Assembly: GCA_964620875.1 (NCBI GenBank)
Contig: CAZUKK010000010.1
Coordinates: forward strand, 125 to 64,124
Direction: 5' to 3'
DNA length: 64,000 nt
DNA from: an uncultured Clostridium sp.
GTDB lineage: Bacteria > Cyanobacteriota > Vampirovibrionia > Gastranaerophilales > Gastranaerophilaceae
Notes under the pieces: model-generated
Seen by the model: the letters and a program-made list of their open reading frames with translations, nothing else
What the model was told of the DNA's origin: nothing
Database searches by the model: none
Position numbers and translations under genes: made by a program
Part shown: positions 7,385-16,080 of the stretch, piece by piece
Layout: each line of letters opens with the position of its first letter
Position numbering within the stretch: the stretch's first letter is position 1

Positions 7385-8908
7385 CTAATCGTCATAATAG
7401 AATATATCTATTTCATCATCTCTAATTTCCGCATCAAGATTACTTAATTCCTGATAATTAATAATTGGAGTGGTGTTTACTATATTTTTTAATCCATTGC
7501 TAACCCAATCTATGTTCCATACTGGAGGTAATGTTTTATCCATAACTAGATTACAAATACTTGAATTATAATTCTGGAAGAAGTCATCCTTATATATTAT
7601 TCTTTGTAACCATATTTCCATATATTCCGTATTTGGTTTTTCTTCAAGTTTTGTTTTTATTTTTTGTACAATATCAAATCTTTTATCAAAATCTGAAATA
7701 TATGATAATGATTTTCCTATTATTGCTGCTATTGTTGGGTAAACTCTAGGATTAGAGCAAGCAATAGTAAAAGCAATACTAATAACAGGAACTATATTTT
7801 TATCATCTTTTTTGAATTTTAAGTTCTTATTATATTCAGATAATAAAGCTTGTAAGCTCCCAGAATTAGGAAATTTTTTAGAAAAATCATAAATTCGTAT
7901 AATTTGTTTTTGCAAATTTCCTTTATTAGGACAGAATTTATTTAAATCCTCCAAGTGCGATATTCTATATAATTTATCTTTTTTTAATGAACCCTCAATA
8001 ATATCTTCTGTTTTTTGTGTTTTTGTCGCATTAAGTTTAAAACCTAATTCAATCATAACTTCTGTTAAAAATTTAACTATTTGACTTCCTGTTTGCGAAT
8101 TATTAACAAAAATACGATAATCATCTCTATATCTAATAATTTTATAATTGTCAACTTTTGCATCATCTAATTTTTTAGACAATAATAAATCAGCGTAGCC
8201 TAAAACAATTTCAGCTATAAAATCCATTAAAACTGAACCCTGAGGTATGCCATTCGTTTGATTATATGTCATACAACGAATTAAATCGTCAATGTCATTT
8301 CCCTCTAATTTAATTGTTTTATCTTTGATTGATTTTTTTGCATTATCTTTTCCATGCAACGCCCATGCGATAGTATGAGTGTAAATTGAACCATAGCAAT
8401 CAGTTATATCTGTTGAAAATAAATATGAATACTCCAATGCTTGTTCTATTGATAATTGCTCAACTTCATTCCACCAATTCGCGACTTGACTAGCTTGTTG
8501 CCTTTGTTTAGGTGATTGTAATACAGGGATGGCTTGACTCAAAATATTTTTATTATTTTGAAATTCTTTAAATCTTTTTTTTATTAAATCCCAAACGCTA
8601 TTCTGAGTTATATAATTTACTAAAGCTACATATATTATAGGATTTAATAGTTGGAAAGGTCGCCAAGCATAACACCCATCTTTATTATTATAAATAACAT
8701 AATTTACATCATCATAACTTGATGGAGGGATTTTATTGTTTACATAAAAAGTTTTTAATTCTTTGTTCTGCAACTTTTTATCTAATTTATCTAATAATTT
8801 CTGGAAGCTAAAATAAGTAGGCAATAAAATATTAGAATAATTTTCTTCTTTTAGAAAATAATTTTTTGCTTTACTTGCCGATAGACTTAAAACATTTTTT
8901 GCAGCCAA
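7385..8908 (-). CDS. reverse transcriptase, Abi/UG (defence-associated) type
   Basis: RT motifs FSTDITDCYGSIYTH (A), NGIPQGSVLMDFIAEIVL (B), IIRYRDDYRIFV (C, YxDD class) and LGFKLNATKTQ (D/E). There is a long helical C-terminal region and no maturase/endonuclease or Cas context. Start is TTG with AGGA upstream. Confidence 0.8.
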   Translation of the reverse strand: MAAKNVLSLSASKAKNYFLKEENYSNILLPTYFSFQKLLDKLDKKLQNKELKTFYVNNKIPPSSYDDVNYVIYNNKDGCYAWRPFQLLNPIIYVALVNYITQNSVWDLIKKRFKEFQNNKNILSQAIPVLQSPKQRQQASQVANWWNEVEQLSIEQALEYSYLFSTDITDCYGSIYTHTIAWALHGKDNAKKSIKDKTIKLEGNDIDDLIRCMTYNQTNGIPQGSVLMDFIAEIVLGYADLLLSKKLDDAKVDNYKIIRYRDDYRIFVNNSQTGSQIVKFLTEVMIELGFKLNATKTQKTEDIIEGSLKKDKLYRISHLEDLNKFCPNKGNLQKQIIRIYDFSKKFPNSGSLQALLSEYNKNLKFKKDDKNIVPVISIAFTIACSNPRVYPTIAAIIGKSLSYISDFDKRFDIVQKIKTKLEEKPNTEYMEIWLQRIIYKDDFFQNYNSSICNLVMDKTLPPVWNIDWVSNGLKNIVNTTPIINYQELSNLDAEIRDDEIDIFYYDD

Positions 8909-8957
8909 ATTTCATTCCTATATTGATTAAATTGATGTTGTAATAATAGCACAAAAA

Positions 8958-9290
8958 TCAGGACTTTAGATATTTTAAAGCTTCAACAACTTTATATAAA
9001 TACATCAATTCACTATCTGATGCATTGTTTATTGAGTTGTTGAGCAATTTTATCAATTCCTCTCTGCTTTTAATATGTCCAAAACTAAATAATTCTTTTT
9101 CTTCAACTTCCAAAGCATTAGCTAATTTTTCTAATGTTTCAGCTGTCATAAATCTTTTACCGCATTCAATATTACTTAAATTTGGTTTATCCATATCAAT
9201 TTTTTCAGCAAGCACTTCTTGAGTTAAATTCTTACTCTTTCTTATTTCTTGTATTCTTGCACCTAATTTTTGTTTCAACGATTTCATCAT
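8958..9290 (-). CDS. XRE-family helix-turn-helix transcriptional regulator
   Basis: LGARIQEIRKSKNLTQEVLAEKIDMDKPNLSNIECGKR is a classic HTH_3 (cI/Cro-like) motif. It is on the same strand as the RT and 49 nt upstream of it. Confidence 0.85.
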   Translation of the reverse strand: MMKSLKQKLGARIQEIRKSKNLTQEVLAEKIDMDKPNLSNIECGKRFMTAETLEKLANALEVEEKELFSFGHIKSREELIKLLNNSINNASDSELMYLYKVVEALKYLKS

Positions 9291-9460
9291 AAACCCTCCT
9301 ACACATGATATATGTAGGATTTGTAAAAAAGAACTTGCTTATTTGCTATCAAACGTATAATTTAGTAGCTGTTTATGCTATTATAATTTTGTAAAAATAA
9401 CATTTTATACTATTTTTATCATTAAAAGTTAGTAAAATGGCATTCAAAAAAGGAGTAAAA

Positions 9461-9682
9461 ATGAAAACGATTTTAAAAATTATTCCAATACTCTTAATCT
9501 GTGGCATAGCATTTGTAGCATTTATGTGCGTAAAAGCAGAAAGAAATTATGATACTAGACAAAAGCAGATTTTATATGGCGAAAAACGAGGCAAAGACAT
9601 GCAATATTGCAATACAAGAGCAAGTATTGGTATAGAAGATTATACAAGCTGCATGCATAGAATGAGTGAAAATTATAGATAA
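9461..9682 (+). CDS. small membrane protein
   Basis: The start is moved to the ATG at 9461, which has an AGGAG 5 nt upstream. The N-terminal TM segment is ILKIIPILLICGIAFVAFMCV. Confidence 0.45.
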   Translation: MKTILKIIPILLICGIAFVAFMCVKAERNYDTRQKQILYGEKRGKDMQYCNTRASIGIEDYTSCMHRMSENYR

Positions 9683-9700
9683 ATTTATAGAGGGTAAATT

Positions 9701-10174
9701 ATGAAAAAGATTATTATTACAATGTTTTTGTTATCACTAACAGTTAGTGCCTGTTATGCAGATAGCTTAGATAATGCATTAAATGCCCAATCAAGAGCTT
9801 TAAATGCCGGAACAATATATAGTGGAGTTAATACTGCCGCCGGAGTTGCCAATACTGTATCTAATGTTCAAACCAATACAAGCATAAGACGTAGAATTGA
9901 TGCTGAAACTGCATTAATAAAAAAACAAGCAGCATTAGAAGGAATTGATTTAAGAGATGCCAAAGATATACAAAACGAACACATGGCACTTTATTTTAAA
10001 TCTCGTTATTTTTTAATAAGAACTAAAAAACAAGCAAAATATGAAAAAGATGAAGAAATGCTTAAATTAATTAAAAAATATTGGAAACCATGGACAACCG
10101 AAGATGCTATTTATGCTGCTGAAAAAGTTATTGAATTACAAGAAAAACGTAAAAAAGAATCTTCAAAATTATAA
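9701..10174 (+). CDS. lipoprotein (island moron, function unknown)
   Basis: Signal peptide with lipobox LTVSAC (Cys18). The remainder is helical and Lys/Glu-rich. Confidence 0.55.
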   Translation: MKKIIITMFLLSLTVSACYADSLDNALNAQSRALNAGTIYSGVNTAAGVANTVSNVQTNTSIRRRIDAETALIKKQAALEGIDLRDAKDIQNEHMALYFKSRYFLIRTKKQAKYEKDEEMLKLIKKYWKPWTTEDAIYAAEKVIELQEKRKKESSKL

Positions 10175-10175
10175 T

Positions 10176-10211
10176 AAAAAGTGAAATGGTGGCTGAAAAA
10201 TATGCTATAAT
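10176..10211 (+). promoter_or_regulatory. candidate promoter/operator of the recombinase gene
   Basis: AAAAAGTGAAATGGT (10176-10190), then 15 nt, then TATAAT (10206-10211). This is a duplicate of the motif at 3320-3356. Confidence 0.35.
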
Positions 10212-10311
10212 AGATACATAAACTTAAGTTTAGACCAAATTATAGTATTAGATTAAATTACATGCTTTCATATATTAGAAAGTCCTTATTTGGAAAGGCT
10301 TAGGTGTTATT

Positions 10312-11811
10312 ATGACCAAAACTAATGTGTTAAAAGTTGTATTGTATGCTAGAGTATCAAGTAAAGAACAGGAAAGAGAAGGTTATTCTATTCCTGCTCA
10401 ACTTGAACTATTAAGGAATTATGCCGACAAAAACAATATGATGATAGTCAAAGAATTTGAAGATGTTGAAACCGCAAAATGTACTGGGAGAACTAATTTT
10501 AATGAAATGCTCAAATTTATTAAATCTTCAAAAGATTGTAAAACTATTTTAGTAGAAAAAACAGATAGATTATATCGAAATCTACCGGATTATGTAACAG
10601 TTGATAATTTAAATCTTAATATTCATTTTGTAAAAGAGGGGTGTATTTTATCTGAAAATTCTCACTCTAGCGAAAAATTTATACATGGAATAAAAGTCTT
10701 ACAAGCCAGACAGTATATTCAGAATTTAGGCGAAGAAGTTAAAAAGGGACTTACTCAAAAGGCTAAAGAGGGATATGTAACAGGAAAACCTCCTTATGGA
10801 TACAAAAAAATTGATAAAAAGCAAAGTGTTATTGATGAAGAAAAATCTTCTTTTGTTCTTAGAGCGTTTGAACTATATTCTAAAGGTAATTTATCATTAT
10901 CAAAACTTGCATGCCAGTTATATAAAGAAGGCTATATCTTTAAAGATAATTGTCCTAAAGCATATAAATCTCAATTAGAAAATATTTTAAAAAATCCATT
11001 TTACTATGGGATGATTGTATTTAAAGGTACGTTATATGAAGGTAAACATGAAGCGTTGATTACAAAAGAATTGTTTGACCTTACTCAATTGGCATTTCGC
11101 AAAGACAATAAACCTAAACATATAGTTGCAAAAGAATTTTTATTTTCCGGCATGGTAAAATGTGCGAATTGTGGCTGTAATTTATCTGGCGAAATTAAAA
11201 AAGGTAAATATATTTATTATTCTTGTACTGGAGGCAAAGGTGAATGCCCCCAACAACATATTTACATACCTGAAATAAAACTTGAAGATAAAATACTAGA
11301 AGCTTTAGGGCAAATATATATTACAGATGAACATAAAACTTGGATTTTAAAAGCTTTGAAAGAAAGTTTTAAAGATGAACAAAAATATATGCTAGAACAA
11401 TTAAATAGTTTAAATGCTAAGAAACAAAAATTAAGAGCAAGAATAGATGGTTTATATCTTGATAAAATTGATGGTAAAATTTCAGAAGAATTTTGGCAAG
11501 AGAGACATAATAATTGGACACAATCATTAATAACTATTCAGAATAATATAAATGCTTATGAAATGGCAAATATAGACTTTATTAGCAAAGGTTCAAGATT
11601 TTTAAAAATCTGCAGAGAAATTAAAGAACTATACTTATATGGAAATAACAAAGAAAGAAAAGAATTAATCAATTATGTACTTCAGAACTTTTCTATGGAT
11701 GGCGAAAACCTAAGCTATGAGTACAAAAAACCCTTTGACATATTCGTCAAAGGATTAAATCGTAATAAAAAACTCCCCAGGCTGGACTCGAACCAGCAAC
11801 CCTTCGATTAA
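10312..11811 (+). CDS. large serine recombinase (integrase of the element)
   Basis: N-terminal resolvase domain VVLYARVSSKEQEREGYSIPAQ with the catalytic Ser. A recombinase domain (GKPPYGYK) follows, then the zinc ribbon CANCGC...YYSCTGGKGECPQQH and a coiled-coil tail. The last 12 codons read into tRNA-Asn. Confidence 0.9.
   Translation: MTKTNVLKVVLYARVSSKEQEREGYSIPAQLELLRNYADKNNMMIVKEFEDVETAKCTGRTNFNEMLKFIKSSKDCKTILVEKTDRLYRNLPDYVTVDNLNLNIHFVKEGCILSENSHSSEKFIHGIKVLQARQYIQNLGEEVKKGLTQKAKEGYVTGKPPYGYKKIDKKQSVIDEEKSSFVLRAFELYSKGNLSLSKLACQLYKEGYIFKDNCPKAYKSQLENILKNPFYYGMIVFKGTLYEGKHEALITKELFDLTQLAFRKDNKPKHIVAKEFLFSGMVKCANCGCNLSGEIKKGKYIYYSCTGGKGECPQQHIYIPEIKLEDKILEALGQIYITDEHKTWILKALKESFKDEQKYMLEQLNSLNAKKQKLRARIDGLYLDKIDGKISEEFWQERHNNWTQSLITIQNNINAYEMANIDFISKGSRFLKICREIKELYLYGNNKERKELINYVLQNFSMDGENLSYEYKKPFDIFVKGLNRNKKLPRLDSNQQPFD
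11764..11775. repeat. right copy of the 12-bp direct repeat AATAAAAAACTC (candidate attR core)
   Basis: Identical to 520-531. It overlaps the discriminator and 3' end of tRNA-Asn and the codons NKKL of the recombinase. Confidence 0.55.
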
Positions 11812-11844
11812 CAGTCGAATGCTCCGCCATTGAGCTACTGAGGA
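11773..11844 (-). tRNA. tRNA-Asn (anticodon GTT)
   Basis: The reverse complement folds as a cloverleaf. The acceptor is TCCTCAG/CTGGGGA, the anticodon stem is TTCGA/TCGAA with loop CTGTTAA, and the T-arm is GCTGG-TTCGAGT-CCAGC. No CCA is encoded. Confidence 0.9.
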
Positions 11845-11978
11845 TTATGCCTTTAGTTTATAACAAAAAAAAATTATTGTAAAGTACTTTTTTAAAATTT
11901 TTCATTCAGGCAATTGAGATTTCTCGTTTATATGCTATTATATCATTGTTTTAGTTGATATTTTGAAAGGAGTTTTAT

Positions 11979-12722
11979 ATGTCTAATCCTGCTTTAAATG
12001 AAAAAATATTAAAATCAGCTTTTGATTTAAACCTTGGAAATAATTCCATGACAATAAACGGCACAATCCTAAAAACATGTTTTTTAGGTTTGCTTATGGC
12101 AATTACTTTTGCCTATAATTGGAGTTTAATACTTTCAGGATTCGCTGATAAAGCTATTCTACTATCAAAATTCGGATTGGTTGGGGGAATTATACTCATT
12201 CTTTTTATCTGCTTTGCACCTAAAAACAAATCACTAATCTTAACAACTCCGCTTTATGCAATGTGCGAAGGTTTAGTTCTGGGATTTATCTCAGCCATTG
12301 CTAATACTGCCTACCCGGGAGTGGCATCCCAAGCCGCAATTGGAACATTTTTTGCACTGTTTGGAATGTTTATTCTATACAAAACTAACCTCGTTAGAGC
12401 AACTCAAAAATTCAAAATGATTGTTTTTAATTCAACTTTTGCTATTTTTGGAATTTATTTACTACAATTTATATTGCAATTCTTCCATATCCAAATTCCG
12501 GCAATATTTTCAAATAGCCCGATTGGAATTGGATTTAGCGCAGTCGTTGTTGCAATTGCAACATTCAACTTAATTATTGATTTTGATAATATTGAGAGAT
12601 TTTCAGGACAAGCCGATAAAAATTATGAATGGTACTTCGGATTTTCTCTTATGGTTACAATAATCTGGATGTACATAGAAATCCTTAATCTTTTAATGAA
12701 ATTACAAAGTCGAAATAATTAA
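11979..12722 (+). CDS. Bax-inhibitor-1/YccA family membrane protein
   Basis: 247 aa with about 7 TM segments. The N-terminus MSNPALNEKILK, overall layout and charged C-terminus are typical of BI-1/YccA proteins. Confidence 0.7.
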   Translation: MSNPALNEKILKSAFDLNLGNNSMTINGTILKTCFLGLLMAITFAYNWSLILSGFADKAILLSKFGLVGGIILILFICFAPKNKSLILTTPLYAMCEGLVLGFISAIANTAYPGVASQAAIGTFFALFGMFILYKTNLVRATQKFKMIVFNSTFAIFGIYLLQFILQFFHIQIPAIFSNSPIGIGFSAVVVAIATFNLIIDFDNIERFSGQADKNYEWYFGFSLMVTIIWMYIEILNLLMKLQSRNN

Positions 12723-12743
12723 ATTTTCAATACATATTGAAAA

Positions 12744-12771
12744 GACCTGCAAATTTTGCAGGTCTTTTTTT
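12744..12771 (+). terminator. Rho-independent terminator
   Basis: Palindrome GACCTGCAAA/TTTGCAGGTC followed by T7. Confidence 0.75.
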
Positions 12772-12884
12772 ATATTTATCCAAATTTCTAATACAAATAT
12801 ATGAGATTTTAGCTCATGTATTAAAGTTGAGAGATTTACCCACGACATGACATGTAAATCTATATATTTTATTGGAGCTTCAAA

Positions 12885-14552
12885 ATGTCAGAACAAGTTT
12901 TAATGCCAATGATAGGCACAGACAATATTGAAAATAAGGAAAAGGCAAGAACATCACTTGAAAAAGCAAGACTTGCTCACGAAAAATACCTTCTTGGGCA
13001 ACGCAACATTGACCTTGAAGAAGCAGTAGAACACTATGTCGATGCTGTAAAATATGATCCTACAATACCTGAAACATACTACAGGCTGGCATCATTGATG
13101 TGGGAGCAGGGACAAATCAGCATTGATACAGCTATTGAACAATGTAAAACTGCAGTAAGCTTATCCCCGAACAATAAAGATGCTCGTCTTTATACCGGAT
13201 ATTTTATGCAACTCGCACAAGATTACAATTCTGCAGAAAAAGAATTCAAATCCGCAATATCTATGAATCCGTTTACATCTGGCAGACCTAGAATGATTCT
13301 ATCTCAATCTCTGCTTCAAAAAATCAATTCTCAAAACGGAACATACAAAGACTACATTGGATTTTTATATTATTTCTTAACAGGAAGTATCATGCTTGCA
13401 TGGGACAGACCTACAATGAAAATGTTTTATAAAAACATGAAAAATGATGTTTCAATATTCTCGTACAACACTGTTGGGAAATTCTATGAAAAATTCAAAA
13501 TGTACGATTCTGCTCGTGATTTGTATACACAAGCAATTAACCAAACAACTCACAGCGAATATTTCTACAACAAAATCGGAGACTTAGCTCTTAGGAATAA
13601 AGATATTGAAACAACAGCAAACTGCTACAGAAAAGTCCTTGAAGCTAACCCTTATAATCGTGAAATTTTAGTTAAACTTGCTACTATTTTACAAACATAT
13701 TTCCCTGATAACTCAGAAGAAGCAATTGACTGTTATGAAAAGCTTCTTGAATTTAATATTGATACTGCTCAAATTTATTATGAACTCGGACATCTTTATA
13801 TGGCAAAAGAAGATAAATTAAATTCAATAAGTGCATTTAAACTTGCAGTTGATAAAGACCCTGAAAATCCGTTCTTCAACAATTCTTTGGGCTACGCATT
13901 TGCCAAAGCAGAATTATACGATGATGCAATTGAGCATTATCAAAAAGCAATTTCATTAAATCCGGATTCTGAATGGACTTCAATTGTATGTCAGGCTTTA
14001 GGTTCAATTTATGCTGAACACAAAGGTAATATTGAAGCGGCAGTATCAACATATCAAGCCGGAATAATACTTGACCCTAAAAATTACGATTTATATATCG
14101 CACTTGGTGATATTTATATGGCTGATTACGATTTAGATAAAGCTATCAGAGCATACTGCGATGCAATAACCCTTAATCCTGAAGAATATCAAGCATACTC
14201 GAAAGTCGGAATTGCTCTATGGGAAAAAGATTATCTTGAAGAAGCTTTAGTAGCATACCATAAAGCAGTAGAACTCAAACCGGAAAATGAATATGCACAA
14301 AACAATTTAGGCATTTTGTATCTAGATGGTTTGATGAATGCAGAAGAAGCTCTCGAATATTTTGAAGAAGCTATTGCACTAAATCCAAACTATACTCTTG
14401 CATACTTTAATGCAGGACGTGCAAGTCAGGAAATGGGCTTTACAAACGATGCCGCAAACTATTACCAAATGGCAATCGACTTAAACAGATTAACAGATGA
14501 ACTTGATGAAGAAGATATTCAAGCAAGACTTCACAGTTTATTTGAAATATAA
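12885..14552 (+). CDS. tetratricopeptide (TPR) repeat protein
   Basis: Many 34-aa units of the type A..Y.kAl.l.P....a...lg..y along the whole 555 aa. Confidence 0.8.
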   Translation: MSEQVLMPMIGTDNIENKEKARTSLEKARLAHEKYLLGQRNIDLEEAVEHYVDAVKYDPTIPETYYRLASLMWEQGQISIDTAIEQCKTAVSLSPNNKDARLYTGYFMQLAQDYNSAEKEFKSAISMNPFTSGRPRMILSQSLLQKINSQNGTYKDYIGFLYYFLTGSIMLAWDRPTMKMFYKNMKNDVSIFSYNTVGKFYEKFKMYDSARDLYTQAINQTTHSEYFYNKIGDLALRNKDIETTANCYRKVLEANPYNREILVKLATILQTYFPDNSEEAIDCYEKLLEFNIDTAQIYYELGHLYMAKEDKLNSISAFKLAVDKDPENPFFNNSLGYAFAKAELYDDAIEHYQKAISLNPDSEWTSIVCQALGSIYAEHKGNIEAAVSTYQAGIILDPKNYDLYIALGDIYMADYDLDKAIRAYCDAITLNPEEYQAYSKVGIALWEKDYLEEALVAYHKAVELKPENEYAQNNLGILYLDGLMNAEEALEYFEEAIALNPNYTLAYFNAGRASQEMGFTNDAANYYQMAIDLNRLTDELDEEDIQARLHSLFEI

Positions 14553-14586
14553 GGATATATTTATACATTATATTAAAGAGGTAATT

Positions 14587-14616
14587 ATGCTTGATATTTT
14601 CAAGCATTTTTTTTGA
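14587..14616 (+). terminator. Rho-independent terminator
   Basis: ATGCTTGA-TATTT-TCAAGCAT followed by a T-run. Confidence 0.7.
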
Positions 14617-14653
14617 AATAAATATACCAACAAAATTTACGGATTATAATTTT

Positions 14654-14905
14654 CTACATCATAGGCGGCATACCCATATTCATCGTAGCCATATTATTTA
14701 TAGCCATTTGATTCATATGGTCATTTACCATCTGCATATGCATCTGTTGATCTCTTAGCACTTGATCGTTAAACAAACGATTTTGTTCTTGCACCATAAA
14801 ATCTTGTTGCATTTGATTTTGAAGATTATTTAATGCAAAAACATTTTGACTTCTACGATTTGATGCCTGTAGCGCAAACATTTTTAAAGTATCAATAAAT
14901 CCCAT
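14654..14905 (-). CDS. hypothetical Gln/Asn/Met-rich small protein
   Basis: 83-aa ORF of low complexity (QNQMQQDFMVQEQNRLFNDQ...MNMGMPPMM) in an otherwise empty intergenic space. Confidence 0.35.
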   Translation of the reverse strand: MGFIDTLKMFALQASNRRSQNVFALNNLQNQMQQDFMVQEQNRLFNDQVLRDQQMHMQMVNDHMNQMAINNMATMNMGMPPMM

Positions 14906-15010
14906 TAAACACTAACCTTTCAATGCTTATAAAACTGTACTAATAATAAAACACATTATTAAATATTATTGCTACATTAAGGTTGAGATTTATTATAAAA
15001 TTTACATTAA

Positions 15011-16003
15011 TTAAAGATTTTCAATAACTTTAGACGTAAAATCCGTTGTTGATAAATTTCCGCCTAAATCGGCTGTTTTATCGCCATTTGCAAGAGTTTT
15101 AAACAATGCTTTTTCGATTTTATCAGCATGTGAAACCTCTCCGATATACTTCAACATTTCAACAGCAGAAAGTAACAATGCAGTTGGGTTTGCTTTATTT
15201 TGCCCCTTAATATCCGGAGCTGAACCATGAACAGGTTCAAATACGGCATAATCAATTCCTATATTTGCCCCCTGAGCAACACCTAAACCACCAATTAAAC
15301 CTGCAGTTAAGTCTGATACAATATCACCGTACAAATTAGGTAAAACTAATACATCAAATCTTGATGGATCTTGAACAAGTTGCATACAAAGGTTATCCAC
15401 CAAAATTTCACGAGTTTTTACTTGCGGAAACTCTTTTGCTACCGTCCTGAAAGCTTCTAAAAACAGCCCGTCTGACAGTTTCATAATATTTGCTTTTGAT
15501 ACAGCACAAACTTCATGCCTGTTATTTTTTAAAGCATACTCAAATGCAAAACGACAAATTCGCTCAGAGGCTTTCCTTGTAATAATTTTAATACTATGAG
15601 CTGTATCCGCATCAATTTGTTCTTCGACACCGGCATATAAGTCTTCGGTATTTTCTCTAACAACTATTAAATCGACATTATCAAATCGAGTTTCGACCCC
15701 GGGAAGATTTTTACAAGGGCGAATATTTGCATACAAGTCCAAATCTTTTCTCAATTGAACATTAACAGACCTAAATCCCTTACCAATCGGAGTTGTAACC
15801 GGAGCTTTCAATGCAATTTTATTTTTCTTTACCGATTCTAATACTCTATTTGGCAACGGAGATCCTTCAGTTTCTATCACATCAGCACCTGCAGTTTGGA
15901 TATCCCAATCTATTTCAAGCCCGCTTGCTTTTATTATTTCCATTACACTGTTTGAAATCTCAGGTCCAATCCCATCACCATTTATTAACGTAATTTTTTG
16001 CAT
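15011..16003 (-). CDS. icd: isocitrate/homoisocitrate dehydrogenase family enzyme (NAD-IDH-like, ~330 aa type)
   Basis: INGDGIGPE, KAPVTTPIGKGFRSVNVQLRKDLDLYANIRPC, VVRENTEDLYAG and LPNLYGDIVSDL are signatures of the beta-decarboxylating dehydrogenase family and are closest to the short IDH type. Confidence 0.7.
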   Translation of the reverse strand: MQKITLINGDGIGPEISNSVMEIIKASGLEIDWDIQTAGADVIETEGSPLPNRVLESVKKNKIALKAPVTTPIGKGFRSVNVQLRKDLDLYANIRPCKNLPGVETRFDNVDLIVVRENTEDLYAGVEEQIDADTAHSIKIITRKASERICRFAFEYALKNNRHEVCAVSKANIMKLSDGLFLEAFRTVAKEFPQVKTREILVDNLCMQLVQDPSRFDVLVLPNLYGDIVSDLTAGLIGGLGVAQGANIGIDYAVFEPVHGSAPDIKGQNKANPTALLLSAVEMLKYIGEVSHADKIEKALFKTLANGDKTADLGGNLSTTDFTSKVIENL

Positions 16004-16029
16004 AAAAAAAACCTCCAGTCGATAGAAAA

Positions 16030-16058
16030 ATTATACTATAAATTGGAGGGGTTGTAAA
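16030..16058 (-). promoter_or_regulatory. sigma-70-type promoter for the dehydrogenase gene
   Basis: Minus strand reads TTTACA, 17 nt, TATAAT, followed by a GGAGG ribosome-binding site. Confidence 0.5.
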
Positions 16059-16080
16059 AATGTTAGGGGAAATATAAATC

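Larger units (their letters stand above)
520..11775. mobile_element. integrated ~11.3 kb element in tRNA-Asn (phage-satellite/PICI-like: serine recombinase, XRE regulator, P-loop + primase, no structural genes) carrying defence-like cargo
   Basis: Direct repeats lie at both ends and the right end is inside the tRNA-Asn 3' end. The recombinase gene abuts attR. The gene content is listed below. Confidence 0.7.

Noticed and set aside
8909-8957. Retron msr/msd or DRT-type ncRNA next to the reverse transcriptase
   Set aside because: Only 49 nt separate the RT from the upstream XRE ORF and 24 nt from the downstream gene. I saw no flanking inverted repeats or long structured non-coding stretch. The 6466-6550 region looks like an ordinary convergent terminator (palindrome GAAAAATTTTTC).
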